DNA of 64,000 nucleotides from a virus (IMGVR_UViG_2891339218_000001:1-64000); one strand, 5' to 3'. Positions 46,181 to 57,064 are shown, numbered from the stretch's first letter. A program made the numbers and translations. The notes: generated from the sequence alone by a model not told the origin.

Positions 46181-48034
46181 CTAACTCTCTGCGATGCTTT
46201 GGGCTGTCCCTTCATAGATTTCAGCAAAGCGCTCTGGCCCAAGCACGATCTCACCCTGATAGGGCTCGACATCGGCAAGATCAGGGGAACCCGGATCGTA
46301 GCTGATGGTGATGTGCGGCTGGTATTCCGGGTGATCCCATGAAGCGCCCTTGTCGACCATCTCGTCATGGCGCCAGCGGAGCATGTTCGAGTTGAACAGC
46401 AGGACGCGAGCCTCGCCGAACCTCTCCATCAGGCGAGCACCGCCGCGCGGGATCTTGACCTCATCTTCCCATGTCGAGCCCATTTCCATCCAATCGACGG
46501 GCGTGCGGCTGAACGTGATGGTGACGTGCAGGTCATCGGCCGGGAGCGTTGTCTTGAACCCCTGCCCCTTGGCCCATGCAATGATCTCGGCGGCGTTCAG
46601 GACGTCACGTCGCACATAGAGCGTGCGCGGCGCGGCGTCGTTCGCCGCTGCCTGCATGCGCGTCACGTTGTTCGGCTTTGCCGCGGCCTGTGCTGCGGCA
46701 GCAGCCGCAAGCTCATCGTCTGACGGCTCCTGCTCGCTCAGCTTGCCGTATTCCTCGATCGCAGCGTCGAGGCCAGGCAGAACGCCATCCTCGACTAGCC
46801 GATTGACGAGAGCGTCGGAAACAGCCTCGCGCGGGACGATTTCCTGGCCGGCCGTCGTGCCAACGAGCTGGCGAGCGGCGTCGGCCGTGATCTTGAAGAT
46901 ATCGGCCCGCTCCTTCTCGCTCATCTGCTCCAGAGGAGCCCAGCGATAGTGGACATCGGGGTCAACCACGCCGGCCGATCGCTCGATGCATTCGTCAAGA
47001 CGGGCCATGGCTGGCTGAAGCTCCAGTTCCTGCATCGACTGGATGCGGTCGTGGTAATTCTTCATGTCCGACGTGCCGGTCGAGTTCATGCCGGCGGGCG
47101 ACTGCCCCAAGAGGCGCGTTACCGGAATGTCGGCAGCACCGGACACGATCTGCATGAAAGCCATGAGGATATCAGTCAGGCCGGCGAGCGATGCGCTCTT
47201 GGTGTCATATTCCTCTTCCTTGTCGAGAAGCAGCGTTCCGTTGATGCCCTTCGACATGTTCGCGAGCGTATAACGCTCAATGATTTTCGAGCGATACACC
47301 TCGTTGTTCAATGAAGCCATGAAGTCTGGGATGCGGATGACATCGACCTTCGCCTCGAATACGAGGGAGGCGATATTGCCGGCCGTGCTGTCCGCATTCT
47401 TGATCGCGTCGAGCGTGGACTGAAGAACGCTGTCGCCCCAGCCCTGCCAAACGTTCGTCGAGATCTCGTCATCGGCTGGCATCGCGCCAGAGAACAGCAC
47501 CAGGCGCGATGGGTGGATGACAACCTGCTGCCCGTTGTTGCCCGAGAGGGTGTAGTCCCTCGGCTTGCCGTACCATTCAGATTCCGGGTTGCGCTCGATC
47601 TCGCCTGCACTCAGCTTGCGGCGCGTGATCACGTTCAAGTAGCGGATGCCGCCCCTGCCGATCCGCTCAACGTCCAGAGGCTTCGCCGCGTCGGCATCGC
47701 CCGTGCCGATGTAAAGCGCCGCGCCGCCGAAGAGCCGGGCCTTTTTCATGGCCTCCAGCACCTTACCCTTGACGTTCAGGCGCTTCTCTTCATCCTCGAT
47801 CGCCTCAATCTGCGGCTTCTTCGCCTGCCAGCCGCGCCACTTGCGGCAGGCGTCGAGCGCCGGAATGTCCACGATCTTCCGCGGCAGCCATGCAGTGCTG
47901 TAGGCGGCGATCAGTTGATCGTCCGTCATCACCGTATGAGCGTAGAAGGTCGTCGCGGCCTTGTCTCGGTCGGTTCCCATGCGGGACACCAGGCTCGTGA
48001 GGCTATCACGAGCGAAGGCGAGAATGTTCCCCAT
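46181..48034 (-). CDS. Portal protein (DUF1073-like) fused to a C-terminal Acb1-like 2H phosphodiesterase
   Basis: Portal motifs (KIVDIPA.D, ARLFGGA, IPVTRLLGQSPAG), Ala linker, then LHVT and PHIT HxT motifs. Confidence 0.85.
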   Translation of the reverse strand: MGNILAFARDSLTSLVSRMGTDRDKAATTFYAHTVMTDDQLIAAYSTAWLPRKIVDIPALDACRKWRGWQAKKPQIEAIEDEEKRLNVKGKVLEAMKKARLFGGAALYIGTGDADAAKPLDVERIGRGGIRYLNVITRRKLSAGEIERNPESEWYGKPRDYTLSGNNGQQVVIHPSRLVLFSGAMPADDEISTNVWQGWGDSVLQSTLDAIKNADSTAGNIASLVFEAKVDVIRIPDFMASLNNEVYRSKIIERYTLANMSKGINGTLLLDKEEEYDTKSASLAGLTDILMAFMQIVSGAADIPVTRLLGQSPAGMNSTGTSDMKNYHDRIQSMQELELQPAMARLDECIERSAGVVDPDVHYRWAPLEQMSEKERADIFKITADAARQLVGTTAGQEIVPREAVSDALVNRLVEDGVLPGLDAAIEEYGKLSEQEPSDDELAAAAAAQAAAKPNNVTRMQAAANDAAPRTLYVRRDVLNAAEIIAWAKGQGFKTTLPADDLHVTITFSRTPVDWMEMGSTWEDEVKIPRGGARLMERFGEARVLLFNSNMLRWRHDEMVDKGASWDHPEYQPHITISYDPGSPDLADVEPYQGEIVLGPERFAEIYEGTAQSIAES

Positions 48035-48042
48035 CGGCTTCC

Positions 48043-49374
48043 TCAAAGGTTGTCGAGCGAGAAGGTGGAACCCCCAAGCATCAATTCTGTCAGCGCCCAG
48101 ACAAGTGCGTCGGCTCGGTCAGGCGAACCTTCCCCGAGATAGCCAGAGGGCGTGAAATTGCACATCTGGTCCTCAAGATCGGGAAAGTCCCCGACGTGAT
48201 GAACCCTACCCTGTTCATAAAGTGCGCTGATCGGCTCGGCTCGGACGGCCTTACCGCGGCTTGCGACCACTTCCTTGAAAGCCGCTTTCTTGTCAGCGGT
48301 GGAGACGGTGAATCTAACCATGTCGCCGCCGAAGTTACGCTCGCCGATTATCCGATGCGCTTCATGTCGGTGGTAGAGATCGACGGCTCGTCGTCCCCAG
48401 CCTTCGGGCGACATCTGGCACGTCCCGTCCTCGATCACATATCCGTGCCCATCTATGCCGAGTCCCGCGACGACGATGCCGATATCGTCCCCGGCGCCGT
48501 CTCCCCGTGTACCTGACGGGTCTACGGATACGACGATGCGGCGCATTTCTGGCAACGAGGCAACGCGCAGGCTGTCTATGCCCGGCATCGTCTTGCCGTC
48601 AGGCGCCTTGCGATCCTCCAGCGCCCAAAGTGCGCCGCTGACATCGCTCGCCCATTCGCCTGCCTCAAAGCGCAACCGCTTGGCTGCTGACATCGATGCG
48701 AGGACGTCGAAGTATTCCGCCGGCAGGTTATCGACGTTGTCTGCAGGGTTGACCTGCATCTCGACGTAGTCTTCAGGCTTGGCCAGCACCTCCTTGGTGC
48801 CTGGCTTCATCTTGGCCCGGAACATCTGGTAGCTCCAATGGAGCTTCGATGGCGGGTTGCAGTCGAAGTATGCCTTCAGCGTAAGGAACGCGCGGCCAGT
48901 GGCCAAAGCGATCGCCGGCGCCAGTTTGCATTTCTGGGCCAGACGAGACATTGCCGTCTCGACTGACGCCCATGGGATCTGGCTGCTCTCGTTGAAATAG
49001 AGAGTGGCATACTCCTGGCCGAGGATCTTCTCGACCCTCTCCTTGTCATCGAGGCCCCCGATCCAGATTTCGGAATCGTTGGGCAACTCGACATAGAAAT
49101 CCGTCTTGTCGAACCTTACCTTAAGTGACGGGAAGCAGAGCGATAGGACCTTTGGCAGCGTATCGGACCAGACCGAGGTCTTGGCGTGGTTGAAACGGAA
49201 GCGGAAGATGACATGGCGAGAACCTGGCGCGTTGATGGCTCGCTGAATTAGCGCACGCACCAGAACGAACGTCTTGCCAGAGCGAGACCCGCCCCTGAGC
49301 ATGATGTTGCGGGCCGGGCCGGCCAGCAGACGGTTAGCCTCTCGCTGCTTCTCCGTAAGCTTTGCTGGTTCCAT
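48043..49374 (-). CDS. terL: Helper terminase large subunit
   Basis: GGSRSGKT, YFNE, VSVDP, SPDRADA. Confidence 0.92.
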   Translation of the reverse strand: MEPAKLTEKQREANRLLAGPARNIMLRGGSRSGKTFVLVRALIQRAINAPGSRHVIFRFRFNHAKTSVWSDTLPKVLSLCFPSLKVRFDKTDFYVELPNDSEIWIGGLDDKERVEKILGQEYATLYFNESSQIPWASVETAMSRLAQKCKLAPAIALATGRAFLTLKAYFDCNPPSKLHWSYQMFRAKMKPGTKEVLAKPEDYVEMQVNPADNVDNLPAEYFDVLASMSAAKRLRFEAGEWASDVSGALWALEDRKAPDGKTMPGIDSLRVASLPEMRRIVVSVDPSGTRGDGAGDDIGIVVAGLGIDGHGYVIEDGTCQMSPEGWGRRAVDLYHRHEAHRIIGERNFGGDMVRFTVSTADKKAAFKEVVASRGKAVRAEPISALYEQGRVHHVGDFPDLEDQMCNFTPSGYLGEGSPDRADALVWALTELMLGGSTFSLDNL

Positions 49375-49377
49375 GCA

Positions 49378-49785
49378 TCACAGATTGGCATCCTCTGCCA
49401 AGACGCTGATTGCGATCGGCGATCCGTTGGGGCCGGAGTGCTCGACAGACGCCAGCTTGGCGTGAACGTAGGGCGCGGCGTCTCGGGCGGCATCCTGCGC
49501 CATCTGGCGAAGCCCGGCTGTCTTCTTCACCTCAGCGAGGAGAAACTTGAACTGCTGCTCGGGCGTGGCGTCACTCGGCACCTTGTCGGAGAACTCCTCG
49601 GCCGTGAGTCCTTCCAGAGTTGCTTCGGCGTCGAGTGCCACCTGCTGGAAGTGCCGCATGTTTTCGAGCATCACATCGAGCGGCGACATGCCTGTGGCAA
49701 GCGAACGCTCGGCCACCTCTCTGGTGCGCTGTGTGAGAGCCCCGGCCGGGCGGCCAGCGCCGTCACGTTTACCGCCACGGGCCAT
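49378..49785 (-). CDS. Helper terminase small subunit-like protein
   Basis: RGGKR.GAGRP, AAPYVHAKL; directly upstream of terL. Confidence 0.75.
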   Translation of the reverse strand: MARGGKRDGAGRPAGALTQRTREVAERSLATGMSPLDVMLENMRHFQQVALDAEATLEGLTAEEFSDKVPSDATPEQQFKFLLAEVKKTAGLRQMAQDAARDAAPYVHAKLASVEHSGPNGSPIAISVLAEDANL

Positions 49786-50094
49786 TTTGATTTCCTTTGA
49801 TTAAATTCAAAGATTGCGCGAACTTCTCATGCCGGGCATTTTTCAGGACTGGCATGGGCTAACCTTGGGAGGGCAGGATGGACGACGTGCCGCCGTTCGT
49901 GATTGGCGTAGAGAAAGAACAGGCGCACTGGGTAGTGATTGTGGAAGAGCGCAATCAACCTGAGCGCAAGCACCGCTTTGTGAGGGAAGAGGCTGCGCAT
50001 CAAAGGGCGCGCGAGGAAAGTGCGCGGCTTTCAGAAAAATACTCTGGCTGAGAAGCCGGACGTAAGCCCGGCTCTCGTTTCGGGTATGCGGGGA

Positions 50095-50415
50095 TTAGCA
50101 GATACTTCGGGCTGACAGGGCGGACGAGAATTCCGCCTTCCCGAGATCAAGCATGGCGTTGTGGCTCTCGAAGCCGCTGGGCTCGCCCGCGGAGAGCAAC
50201 ATCGTACCGTGAGAGATGCCGGACACATCAAAGCGGCTGGCCCAGTACGGACGATAGGCCGGGAGGTAGCGATCGACGAAAACCGTCCTGGTGACCGCGA
50301 CGCCGTCGATCTCTGTCACCCTCGCCTGAATGCGCTTCCACTGGTCGGCATCCGGAGTGCCAGCCATGCCTTCGGTGAAGCCTTCAAACCATGCTTTGAA
50401 TTCGGAGAGGGTCAT
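50095..50415 (-). CDS. Hypothetical protein (MTLSEFKAWFEGF...)
   Basis: AAGGA RBS; phage-like small ORF. Confidence 0.55.
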   Translation of the reverse strand: MTLSEFKAWFEGFTEGMAGTPDADQWKRIQARVTEIDGVAVTRTVFVDRYLPAYRPYWASRFDVSGISHGTMLLSAGEPSGFESHNAMLDLGKAEFSSALSARSIC

Positions 50416-50776
50416 GTCCTGGTTCCTTTCTGCTGGGGTGGAGGGTTAGGCGGGAAGATCAGCGGGGCAAAGGTCCTTGCTCGGACGGATAGGAAGTCTC
50501 GCCAAAGCGCCAGAAGCCGAGAAACCATGAGAGCCTGAAAGAGACGCCATACCACCGCGCGATCTGGTGATCTGTGTAGTTGTTCAGGCCCTCAGTCTTG
50601 CTGGCCTTGTTGAGGAGACTTCCTGTGTACGCTCTCAGCTTGGTCGGATGGCTCGGCTCACCCTTATGGAGCCTGAAGCCGAGGAAGCCGCTCATCGCTC
50701 TCTCCTGAAATGAGAAACCCGCCAACGGGTGACAGACCGGGGCGGGCTCTCTGGCGCTTCACCCGCAGAGGTGAAC

Positions 50777-50853
50777 TGGTTGCGGTGGCAGGATTTGAAC
50801 CTGCGGCCTCCAGCTTATGAGGCTGGCGAGCTACCGGACTGCTCTACACCGAC
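50777..50853 (-). tRNA. tRNA with CAT anticodon (Met-like)
   Basis: D arm GAGC/GCTC, anticodon arm CCAGC-CTCATAA-GCTGG, T arm GCAGG-TTCAAAT-CCTGC, encoded ACCA; two acceptor-stem mismatches. Confidence 0.8.
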
Positions 50854-50979
50854 AGAAAATTGGCAATAGTTTTCCACGGCGGGGCGCGGTGAAAATCGCC
50901 CCGTGGCCCGGCGTGTATTCCCTCGTTAATCGAGGTCCGCGATCAGAACAGCCACAAATCACCAAAGATTGCAGTAACA

Positions 50980-51633
50980 TTAAGCGACTTCTTCGATCTC
51001 CGCAAGAGTCTCGGCGGCTTGAAGCTTGTCCAACCTGTCGATAAGTGCCCTCACCTGCGATTGGGCGCCTTCGCTCATGCGATCAATGACGACATCGGCC
51101 CAGTCGCGAAGCGGGACAGTGCGGACGCGCCCCTTCGGCAGGATCTTCTTGAGTTGACCGCGAAGCTGCTCACTGCGCTTGAAGCGGCGGTTCTCCATCT
51201 CCTGCCAGCCGGCTTGCTGCTCCGCCTGGGCGGTGTCGAATTCCGCCAACATGAGCTTTGCGATCAGGCTCTCCGGGAACTGCACCGGCCCGGAAAGACG
51301 TGACGCCGACAGCATGCAGACAACGCCCTCGACACCACGCACCTTTTCGAACTCAAGTTCCGGCAGGTGAACGAAAGCGTATCCGACGAGGAACGGGATA
51401 CGGCGCTCGATCATCTTGTTGGTGCGGTGGTGCTTCAGACGCAGCCATGACGCCGGCATATAGACGTCGATACCCTTCTGCCTAAGCTGGCGCTCGATGA
51501 TGCTCTCGCCCTTCCGGCGCTCGGCGGCTTCCTTCTCCTTTTCAGTCGCGTTCGCTGCAATCGGCAGCGGCCGTGCCATTCGCTGCGTTCCTGGCTTGGT
51601 GCGGACAGCGTACCAACGTTCATTGCTTGCCAT
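50980..51633 (-). CDS. NusG-family (NGN domain) late antiterminator
   Basis: WYAVRTKPG, P.LVGY.FV, VRGVEGV; sits in the lambda Q position. Confidence 0.85.
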   Translation of the reverse strand: MASNERWYAVRTKPGTQRMARPLPIAANATEKEKEAAERRKGESIIERQLRQKGIDVYMPASWLRLKHHRTNKMIERRIPFLVGYAFVHLPELEFEKVRGVEGVVCMLSASRLSGPVQFPESLIAKLMLAEFDTAQAEQQAGWQEMENRRFKRSEQLRGQLKKILPKGRVRTVPLRDWADVVIDRMSEGAQSQVRALIDRLDKLQAAETLAEIEEVA

Positions 51634-51826
51634 GGTCATGTTCCTCGTGTTGCCGCCGTTCAGTCTTGCCGCTCGATAAGTTCTGCGATGTACGATGCGA
51701 AAAGAGCCATGAAGAGAATTGGAATGAGCATCCGGGCGCGCTCCTGATCGCCCGCCAGCTTGTCCAAGACGGCGACGGTGCCAACACCCCAAAACCAAAG
51801 ATCGATCTTCTTGCTCGTCTTCATCC

Positions 51827-52099
51827 TCACCCCTCCTTGCCGTTGAGGGAGACGTCGAGCATGGCGCGCCCTTGGCTGGTGAGGCCGTAGCCAGCGCCAT
51901 GGGGCTCTCCGTCATCGGTCCACGACGTTCGATAGAATTTCGCCAGCCCCTTGCGTGCGAGACCTCGAACGGCGCGGCGAACCTTCTTGTGATCTAACTC
52001 AGCGCGCTTGGCGACAGTCGAGAAACTGATCACGTCAAAGTCAGGCTCGGTCTCCCGCCACGCTGAGAATGCCTTGGCCTCATATCCTACGAGTTTCAT
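51827..52099 (-). CDS. Small winged-helix protein
   Basis: VRRAVRGLARKGL...YGLTSQG. Confidence 0.55.
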   Translation of the reverse strand: MKLVGYEAKAFSAWRETEPDFDVISFSTVAKRAELDHKKVRRAVRGLARKGLAKFYRTSWTDDGEPHGAGYGLTSQGRAMLDVSLNGKEG

Positions 52100-52674
52100 G
52101 CCGCATGCCTCCTTAGATCGTTCGACGCCCGCTGCTCGGATATCGTGCCCTTGCCGACGCTGCGAAGCTGGTGATGGTCGCAATAGGTTCCGGTGGCCGG
52201 ATGCCCGCAGAACTGGATATCGGCCTTGCTGCCGGTGATCGGCCAGCGGCATTCGGTGGCGTCGAGCTCGAAAAGGCGCTTGAGCGTGGCCGTGGCGTCG
52301 TAGGCCTTCGCCTCTGACGGTTCGGGGGCCTTGCGCTCTTTCGGGGCCCGTGGCGGCGCGGCGGCGCGCTCTGCCTCGCGTTGGAGCCTGGCAAGCCGGC
52401 GTCGTTCCCGCTTAGCATTGTTCTCGCGGTGGCGACGGTCGGTCAGACGTTCATGGCTGCGCTTCGTCTCACCCCAGCCGCGCAGCGGGTATTCAGCTAG
52501 TTCCGAACGATTCCTGGCATAGATGCCCATGATCACCATGCGTGAAAGCTGCTCGTGCGTTCGGGCCGCGACGGCGTTTGCGATGTCGAGCGCCGACATG
52601 CCGGGGGCATAGAGTTCCTTGATCAGCTCGATACGGGCGGTGGTCTTCTCGGTGCGCCGGACGTGGATGTTCAT
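52096..52674 (-). CDS. GcrA-like protein
   Basis: GMSA.DIA...SR..I.G HTH; L.EL....CRWP...FCG.P...YC.HH. Confidence 0.8.
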   Translation of the reverse strand: MNIHVRRTEKTTARIELIKELYAPGMSALDIANAVAARTHEQLSRMVIMGIYARNRSELAEYPLRGWGETKRSHERLTDRRHRENNAKRERRRLARLQREAERAAAPPRAPKERKAPEPSEAKAYDATATLKRLFELDATECRWPITGSKADIQFCGHPATGTYCDHHQLRSVGKGTISEQRASNDLRRHAA

Positions 52675-53312
52675 GACCGTTTTCCCTTCACAAGGCGGGT
52701 TTCGGGAAGCTTCGAGACGTGCGGGCGGCGAACGCGTAGCTTGTCCATCTCGGCCTTGGTTTCGGGCGATGTACCGATATGCGATCGGCCGGTGACCGGC
52801 AGCGGAGCGCCCGCCTTGGCGGCGGCGAGCATGACGCGAACGCGAGCCCGAACGGCTGGATCGGCGCGCTCGACGGCGAGCGCCGCGCGACGGGCCTCGT
52901 CCTCGGCGCGCTCAAACAGGCGCTCGGCTTCGTTGCGCAAGCCGTTTTTCTCGCCGATGAATGGCGCGATGATCGACCTGGCATGCCGCGCAAACTCGGC
53001 GCAGGTCGGCATGAACTGGCCGGTGTGGTTCGCGACGCGGCCGGCTAGGAAGTCGTTCGTCGCTTCGGAGACAGCCCATTCCGGCAGGTCGCCGCAAGCC
53101 GTTTTGAACTCTCGGGCGAAATCCGCCATCTCGACATCCGGCTGGGGGCGAAGCTGGCCGCGCAAGCGAACTGCAGCATCCCGCAGTGCTCCGGTGTCGC
53201 AGCGCCGTAGCAGCATGTCGATTTCTCCGACGCGCGCCGCGATCTCCCTCGCCCGTCGGCGGTACCGCTCGGGAAGGCGCTCGAAGATGTCAGCAGGGAC
53301 GAGATCAGCCAT
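52671..53312 (-). CDS. Replication protein (helicase-loader-like)
   Basis: DLPEWAV..A..DF..G...FMPT.AEF; follows the initiator. Confidence 0.55.
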   Translation of the reverse strand: MADLVPADIFERLPERYRRRAREIAARVGEIDMLLRRCDTGALRDAAVRLRGQLRPQPDVEMADFAREFKTACGDLPEWAVSEATNDFLAGRVANHTGQFMPTCAEFARHARSIIAPFIGEKNGLRNEAERLFERAEDEARRAALAVERADPAVRARVRVMLAAAKAGAPLPVTGRSHIGTSPETKAEMDKLRVRRPHVSKLPETRLVKGKRS

Positions 53313-53832
53313 CGATGAAAGCCTCCTTCAGTTCGATGATGTCGGATTTTTTTTGCGCGCCAGCGCTGGAAGAAAAATTGCCTAATTTTTCTGACTGGCT
53401 CTTAGCTCTTGGCTTATGGGGCTTATCCTCCCCCATATGCCAACCCTTATCCGACGCGGAATTTCCCGAAGGATTTGAAAGGGTTGGGTTGCCGCCCTTT
53501 TTGCCGTTATTCCGCGCCGTAGCGGCTTTGCGCGCGTCCCGGATCATTCTCCGGGAGTAGATGCGGCCTTGCCGATCACGGGAGAACACGCCGTTTCGTT
53601 CCAGCTCGCCCAACAGGGAAGAGATCTCGGATTCCTGGCGCCCGGTCAAAAGAGCGAGCCCGGTTTCATCGAGACCCTTGCCTGCTACCGCGACGTAGCC
53701 GATCGGGTCATGTGCTGCCGCAATGCAGAGCATGCGCATCCAGAGGCCTTGCGCCGCGAAGGAGCTAAGGCGAACGGCATGATCGGTCTCCCAATCCTGC
53801 CAGAAGAATTTGGACCAGATGACGCCGCTCAT
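53305..53832 (-). CDS. Helper replication initiator
   Basis: W.KFF..DW..D..VR..S.AAQGLW..MLC, IYSRRM.RD, KGGNP. Confidence 0.75.
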   Translation of the reverse strand: MSGVIWSKFFWQDWETDHAVRLSSFAAQGLWMRMLCIAAAHDPIGYVAVAGKGLDETGLALLTGRQESEISSLLGELERNGVFSRDRQGRIYSRRMIRDARKAATARNNGKKGGNPTLSNPSGNSASDKGWHMGEDKPHKPRAKSQSEKLGNFSSSAGAQKKSDIIELKEAFIDG

Positions 53833-54128
53833 GGGGCTACCCCACGCGCGACGGATTGGGAGAATGCAACCGCGTCATCAACGCTGTGAAGGCTGAACAC
53901 GGGAGAGCCACGCCAGTCGTCAGCGAATGACTGCTGGTTGGCGTTCAGGCCTTTGCCATATCCCTTGGTGCCGGTTTTGACCTCGACGAGGTAATTCCGG
54001 CCGCGGAACCCGCAGAGGAGATCAACGGGCTTGTCGAGGCGGTACACGCTGAAGCCAACACGCTCCAGAACGGCGATAATCGCCGGCTCTGATTCATCTC
54101 GCTTCGCGTTGTGGCGGGGCATGCTCAT
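53829..54128 (-). CDS. VRR-NUC-like PD-(D/E)XK nuclease
   Basis: PVDLL......LVEVK...L...QQ.F. Confidence 0.7.
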   Translation of the reverse strand: MSMPRHNAKRDESEPAIIAVLERVGFSVYRLDKPVDLLCGFRGRNYLVEVKTGTKGYGKGLNANQQSFADDWRGSPVFSLHSVDDAVAFSQSVARGVAP

Positions 54129-54340
54129 CTTGCCGCCCTCTCCTTGTCGCGGGCGGACTGCTGGTGCTCACGGTGCCAGCCGTTGAAAGCCCGATAGGCT
54201 GCTCGGGCCTCACTCAGCGCGCTGTAAATCTCGCCCTCGGTGCGGCCCATGATCTGGGCTATCTCGAGAGTGTCGTGCTCGCCGTCTCGGCCGCTGAACA
54301 GCCTGCCTATTTTGAGGAGCTCGCTATTGGTGAAGGTCAT
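54125..54340 (-). CDS. Small HTH protein
   Basis: DTLEIAQIMGRTEGEIY. Confidence 0.55.
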   Translation of the reverse strand: MTFTNSELLKIGRLFSGRDGEHDTLEIAQIMGRTEGEIYSALSEARAAYRAFNGWHREHQQSARDKERAAR

Positions 54341-54546
54341 AGGCCAAGATCCCCTTGGCGCTCGGCCTGCTGACGAGCGAGGTTGTCGAAACCTTCAATC
54401 GCTTGATCGAGCGTCGCGATGTGGCGTGCGTAGCGCTCTCGCCACTCGGGAGTGCGGCGCGATCCGTTGGCTTCCACCGTCAGTATCTTGTCCTGGCGGA
54501 TCTCGCGCAAATCGATTGCGATGGTGCTTGCCGGCTTCCGCGTCAC
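54337..54546 (-). CDS. Hypothetical protein
   Basis: Overlapping start and stop with neighbours. Confidence 0.5.
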   Translation of the reverse strand: MTRKPASTIAIDLREIRQDKILTVEANGSRRTPEWRERYARHIATLDQAIEGFDNLARQQAERQGDLGL

Positions 54547-57043
54547 GCCGCTTCCTCCTGACGATCGAAAATGTCGAACATCGTCGGCGTCGCAACTTCT
54601 CGCTCCATAGCCTGAAGGTACTTGATGCCGTCGAGGAAATAGCCGGGGTTAAGCTCGGAGGCGCGACCGCGGCGGCCAAGCTTCAGCGCACGGTAAGGGA
54701 CCGTGAACAAGCCGCCGAACGGATCGAAAACCAGATCCCCTTCATTCGAGAACCTCTTGATGAGGCGATCGACGATATCAAACTGGAGCGGGCAGATATG
54801 GTTCTCCAGGCCCTTCTTGGTCTGCTCTCCGTTCAGCGTCCGCATGCGGTTCACGTCATGCCAAGTGAACGCGTCGTGCGCGCCGGGCGCCAGGCTCATA
54901 AAGGTGGACGGCAGCGCGCCTCGGACTTCGAGCGCCTCCCCGATGCGGATATGGATCTCGTAGTCGTAGACGTTCTTCATCGTCCACTCGGTGAAGGCCT
55001 TCGCCAGAAGATCCGGGCCAAGGCTGGCGAGCTCTTCTGGGGTCGGAAGCCGATCGCCGGAAGAGCGCCAAAAGGCGTGAGCATCGACCTGCCACCGGGC
55101 GCGGGTGTAATCGTCTTTCGACTTGGAAACGCGCTCGTCGGCGTAGGCCTTGGAGGTGTCGGACGGCAGCTTGCGGAAGAGCAGGATGTATTCGGGCGAG
55201 CCCACGCCCATCTTCGTGCCGTCCTTGCAGTTTTCGGACCAGCCGAGGCGATAGGTCTGGTTATTCTCGCGCACCACGTCCGTGTTGACGGTGATCATGC
55301 CCATGTAGGCAAACCCGTGCTGCATGGTGTGGAAGAGAGTGCGGGCGTGGAACGGGTTGACTGTCGGCATACCCATGCCGGTGACGTTCCCGAATAGGAT
55401 GCGGTCCTTGGTGTGGCAGGCATAGACCCGACCGGGCTTGAGGATCCGAAGCAGTTCGGGTGTCAGGAAGTCCATCTGCTGGAAGAAATGACCATCGCCG
55501 TCAGTGTGGCCGAAGTCATTGTAGCTCGGCGTGTACTCGTAGTGGTTCGAGAACGGGATAGAGGTGACGATCAGGTCGACGGAGTTGTCGGCCATGGATC
55601 TCGCCTCTTCGACGCAATCGTTATTGGCTACCTGCCACCCCTCGCCGCGCGCTTCGATCCGCTCGACGCCGATGGAGCGGGTCAGGACCTCGGCAGCCGA
55701 AAGCTTGTCGAGACCATGTTCACGGATGATTTCGCTCATTTTCTCGACCATGCGATTATGTGCCTCCCATTTGGCTTGGAGGGTGCGCAGGACCTCGCGC
55801 TCGCTCTCCGCGTAGATGATGTGGATCTCGACCTCTTCGACCTGCAGGAAGCGGTAGATGCGGTGCAGAGCCTGGATAAAGTCGTTGAACTTGAAGCCGA
55901 TGCCGAGGAACACAGCCTTGTGGCAGTGGCGCTGGAAGTTGCAGCCGGAGCCGGCGATGACAGGTTTAGCGGCGAGGTACTGAAACTTGCCCTCGCTGAA
56001 ATCGACGATGGCCTCTTCGCGCATCTCAAGATCCTGGGTGCCGTAGATCGACACGGCCGACGGAACGGCGCGCTCGATCGCGCGGCGCTCGTCTTCAAGA
56101 TCGTGCCAGATGATGAAATGATCGTTCGGGGCGCCAGCAAGGATCTCGGTCATCTTCGCGATGCGAGCCTCGAGGGTATCGCGCTTCTCACGGGATGCCG
56201 ACACGACGCCGACGGCGGTATCCCGGAAGAGCGCGGCTTGGCCGTCGCGATCAATGCCGCCGTCCGCGATGTTCGATTGAACCTCGTGGTAGATGACCTT
56301 GAACGGTGGCAGATCGTATCCTTCCGCCGAATGGCCCAGGTCGGCCGGCGACTGCAAAAAGATCGCCCACGAATTAAGCCACAGCCAGAATTCACGCTCC
56401 TTGTGCGGGTAGAGCGTCAGATTGTTGGCCTGGGTGCTGTCGCGCTGGAAGAACCGCGTCAGGGCCTGCCCGGTGTCCATGATGCCAAGGAACCCGGCGT
56501 AGTGGATCAACTCCTTATATCGGTTCGGGCTAGGTGTGGCCGTGGCGACGAAGCGGTACCGCACTTGATCGAACAGCGAGAGGAATGTCTGGTAGGTCTT
56601 CGAGCCATAGGAGCGAAGCACAGACGCCTCGTCCAGGCTGACGGCCGTGAACTGGTTCGGATCGAGCTTTCCGTCGCGAACGGTCTCATAGTTCGTCATG
56701 TAGATGCCGGTCTCGCCAGCTTCCTCGATGCGACGAATGAACTTGATATCGACGTCGAGCATCTTGCCGTCTCGGCGAAACTCCTGGCGGACGCCGAGCG
56801 GCAGGACGAGCCACGGCCGGCGACGGCGGCGCAAACGAGGCGTAGGACCTCGATCTGGATAACCGACTTGCCCAGGCCGAACGCGGCGAAGATGGCACGC
56901 TTCCCGCCGCGCGCCGCCCATACCACGATATCGCGCTGATGGGGCTTGAGGATCGGGTTCACGTCATTATGAGAGATCGGCAGGCCTGAGACCGGCGCGA
57001 GACGGATTTTGCCTTTGAGGAAGTCGCCGTAATCCATCGTCAT
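54543..57043 (-). pseudogene. SF2 helicase-like + N4/N6 DNA methyltransferase fusion, frameshifted near 56811
   Basis: Walker A (FGLGKS) is in ORF 56696..57043; LDEAS, ATAT, TSIPF and DPFGG are in ORF 54543..56921. Confidence 0.8.
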
Positions 57044-57064
57044 TCCCCCACGATCCAGTCGGCC

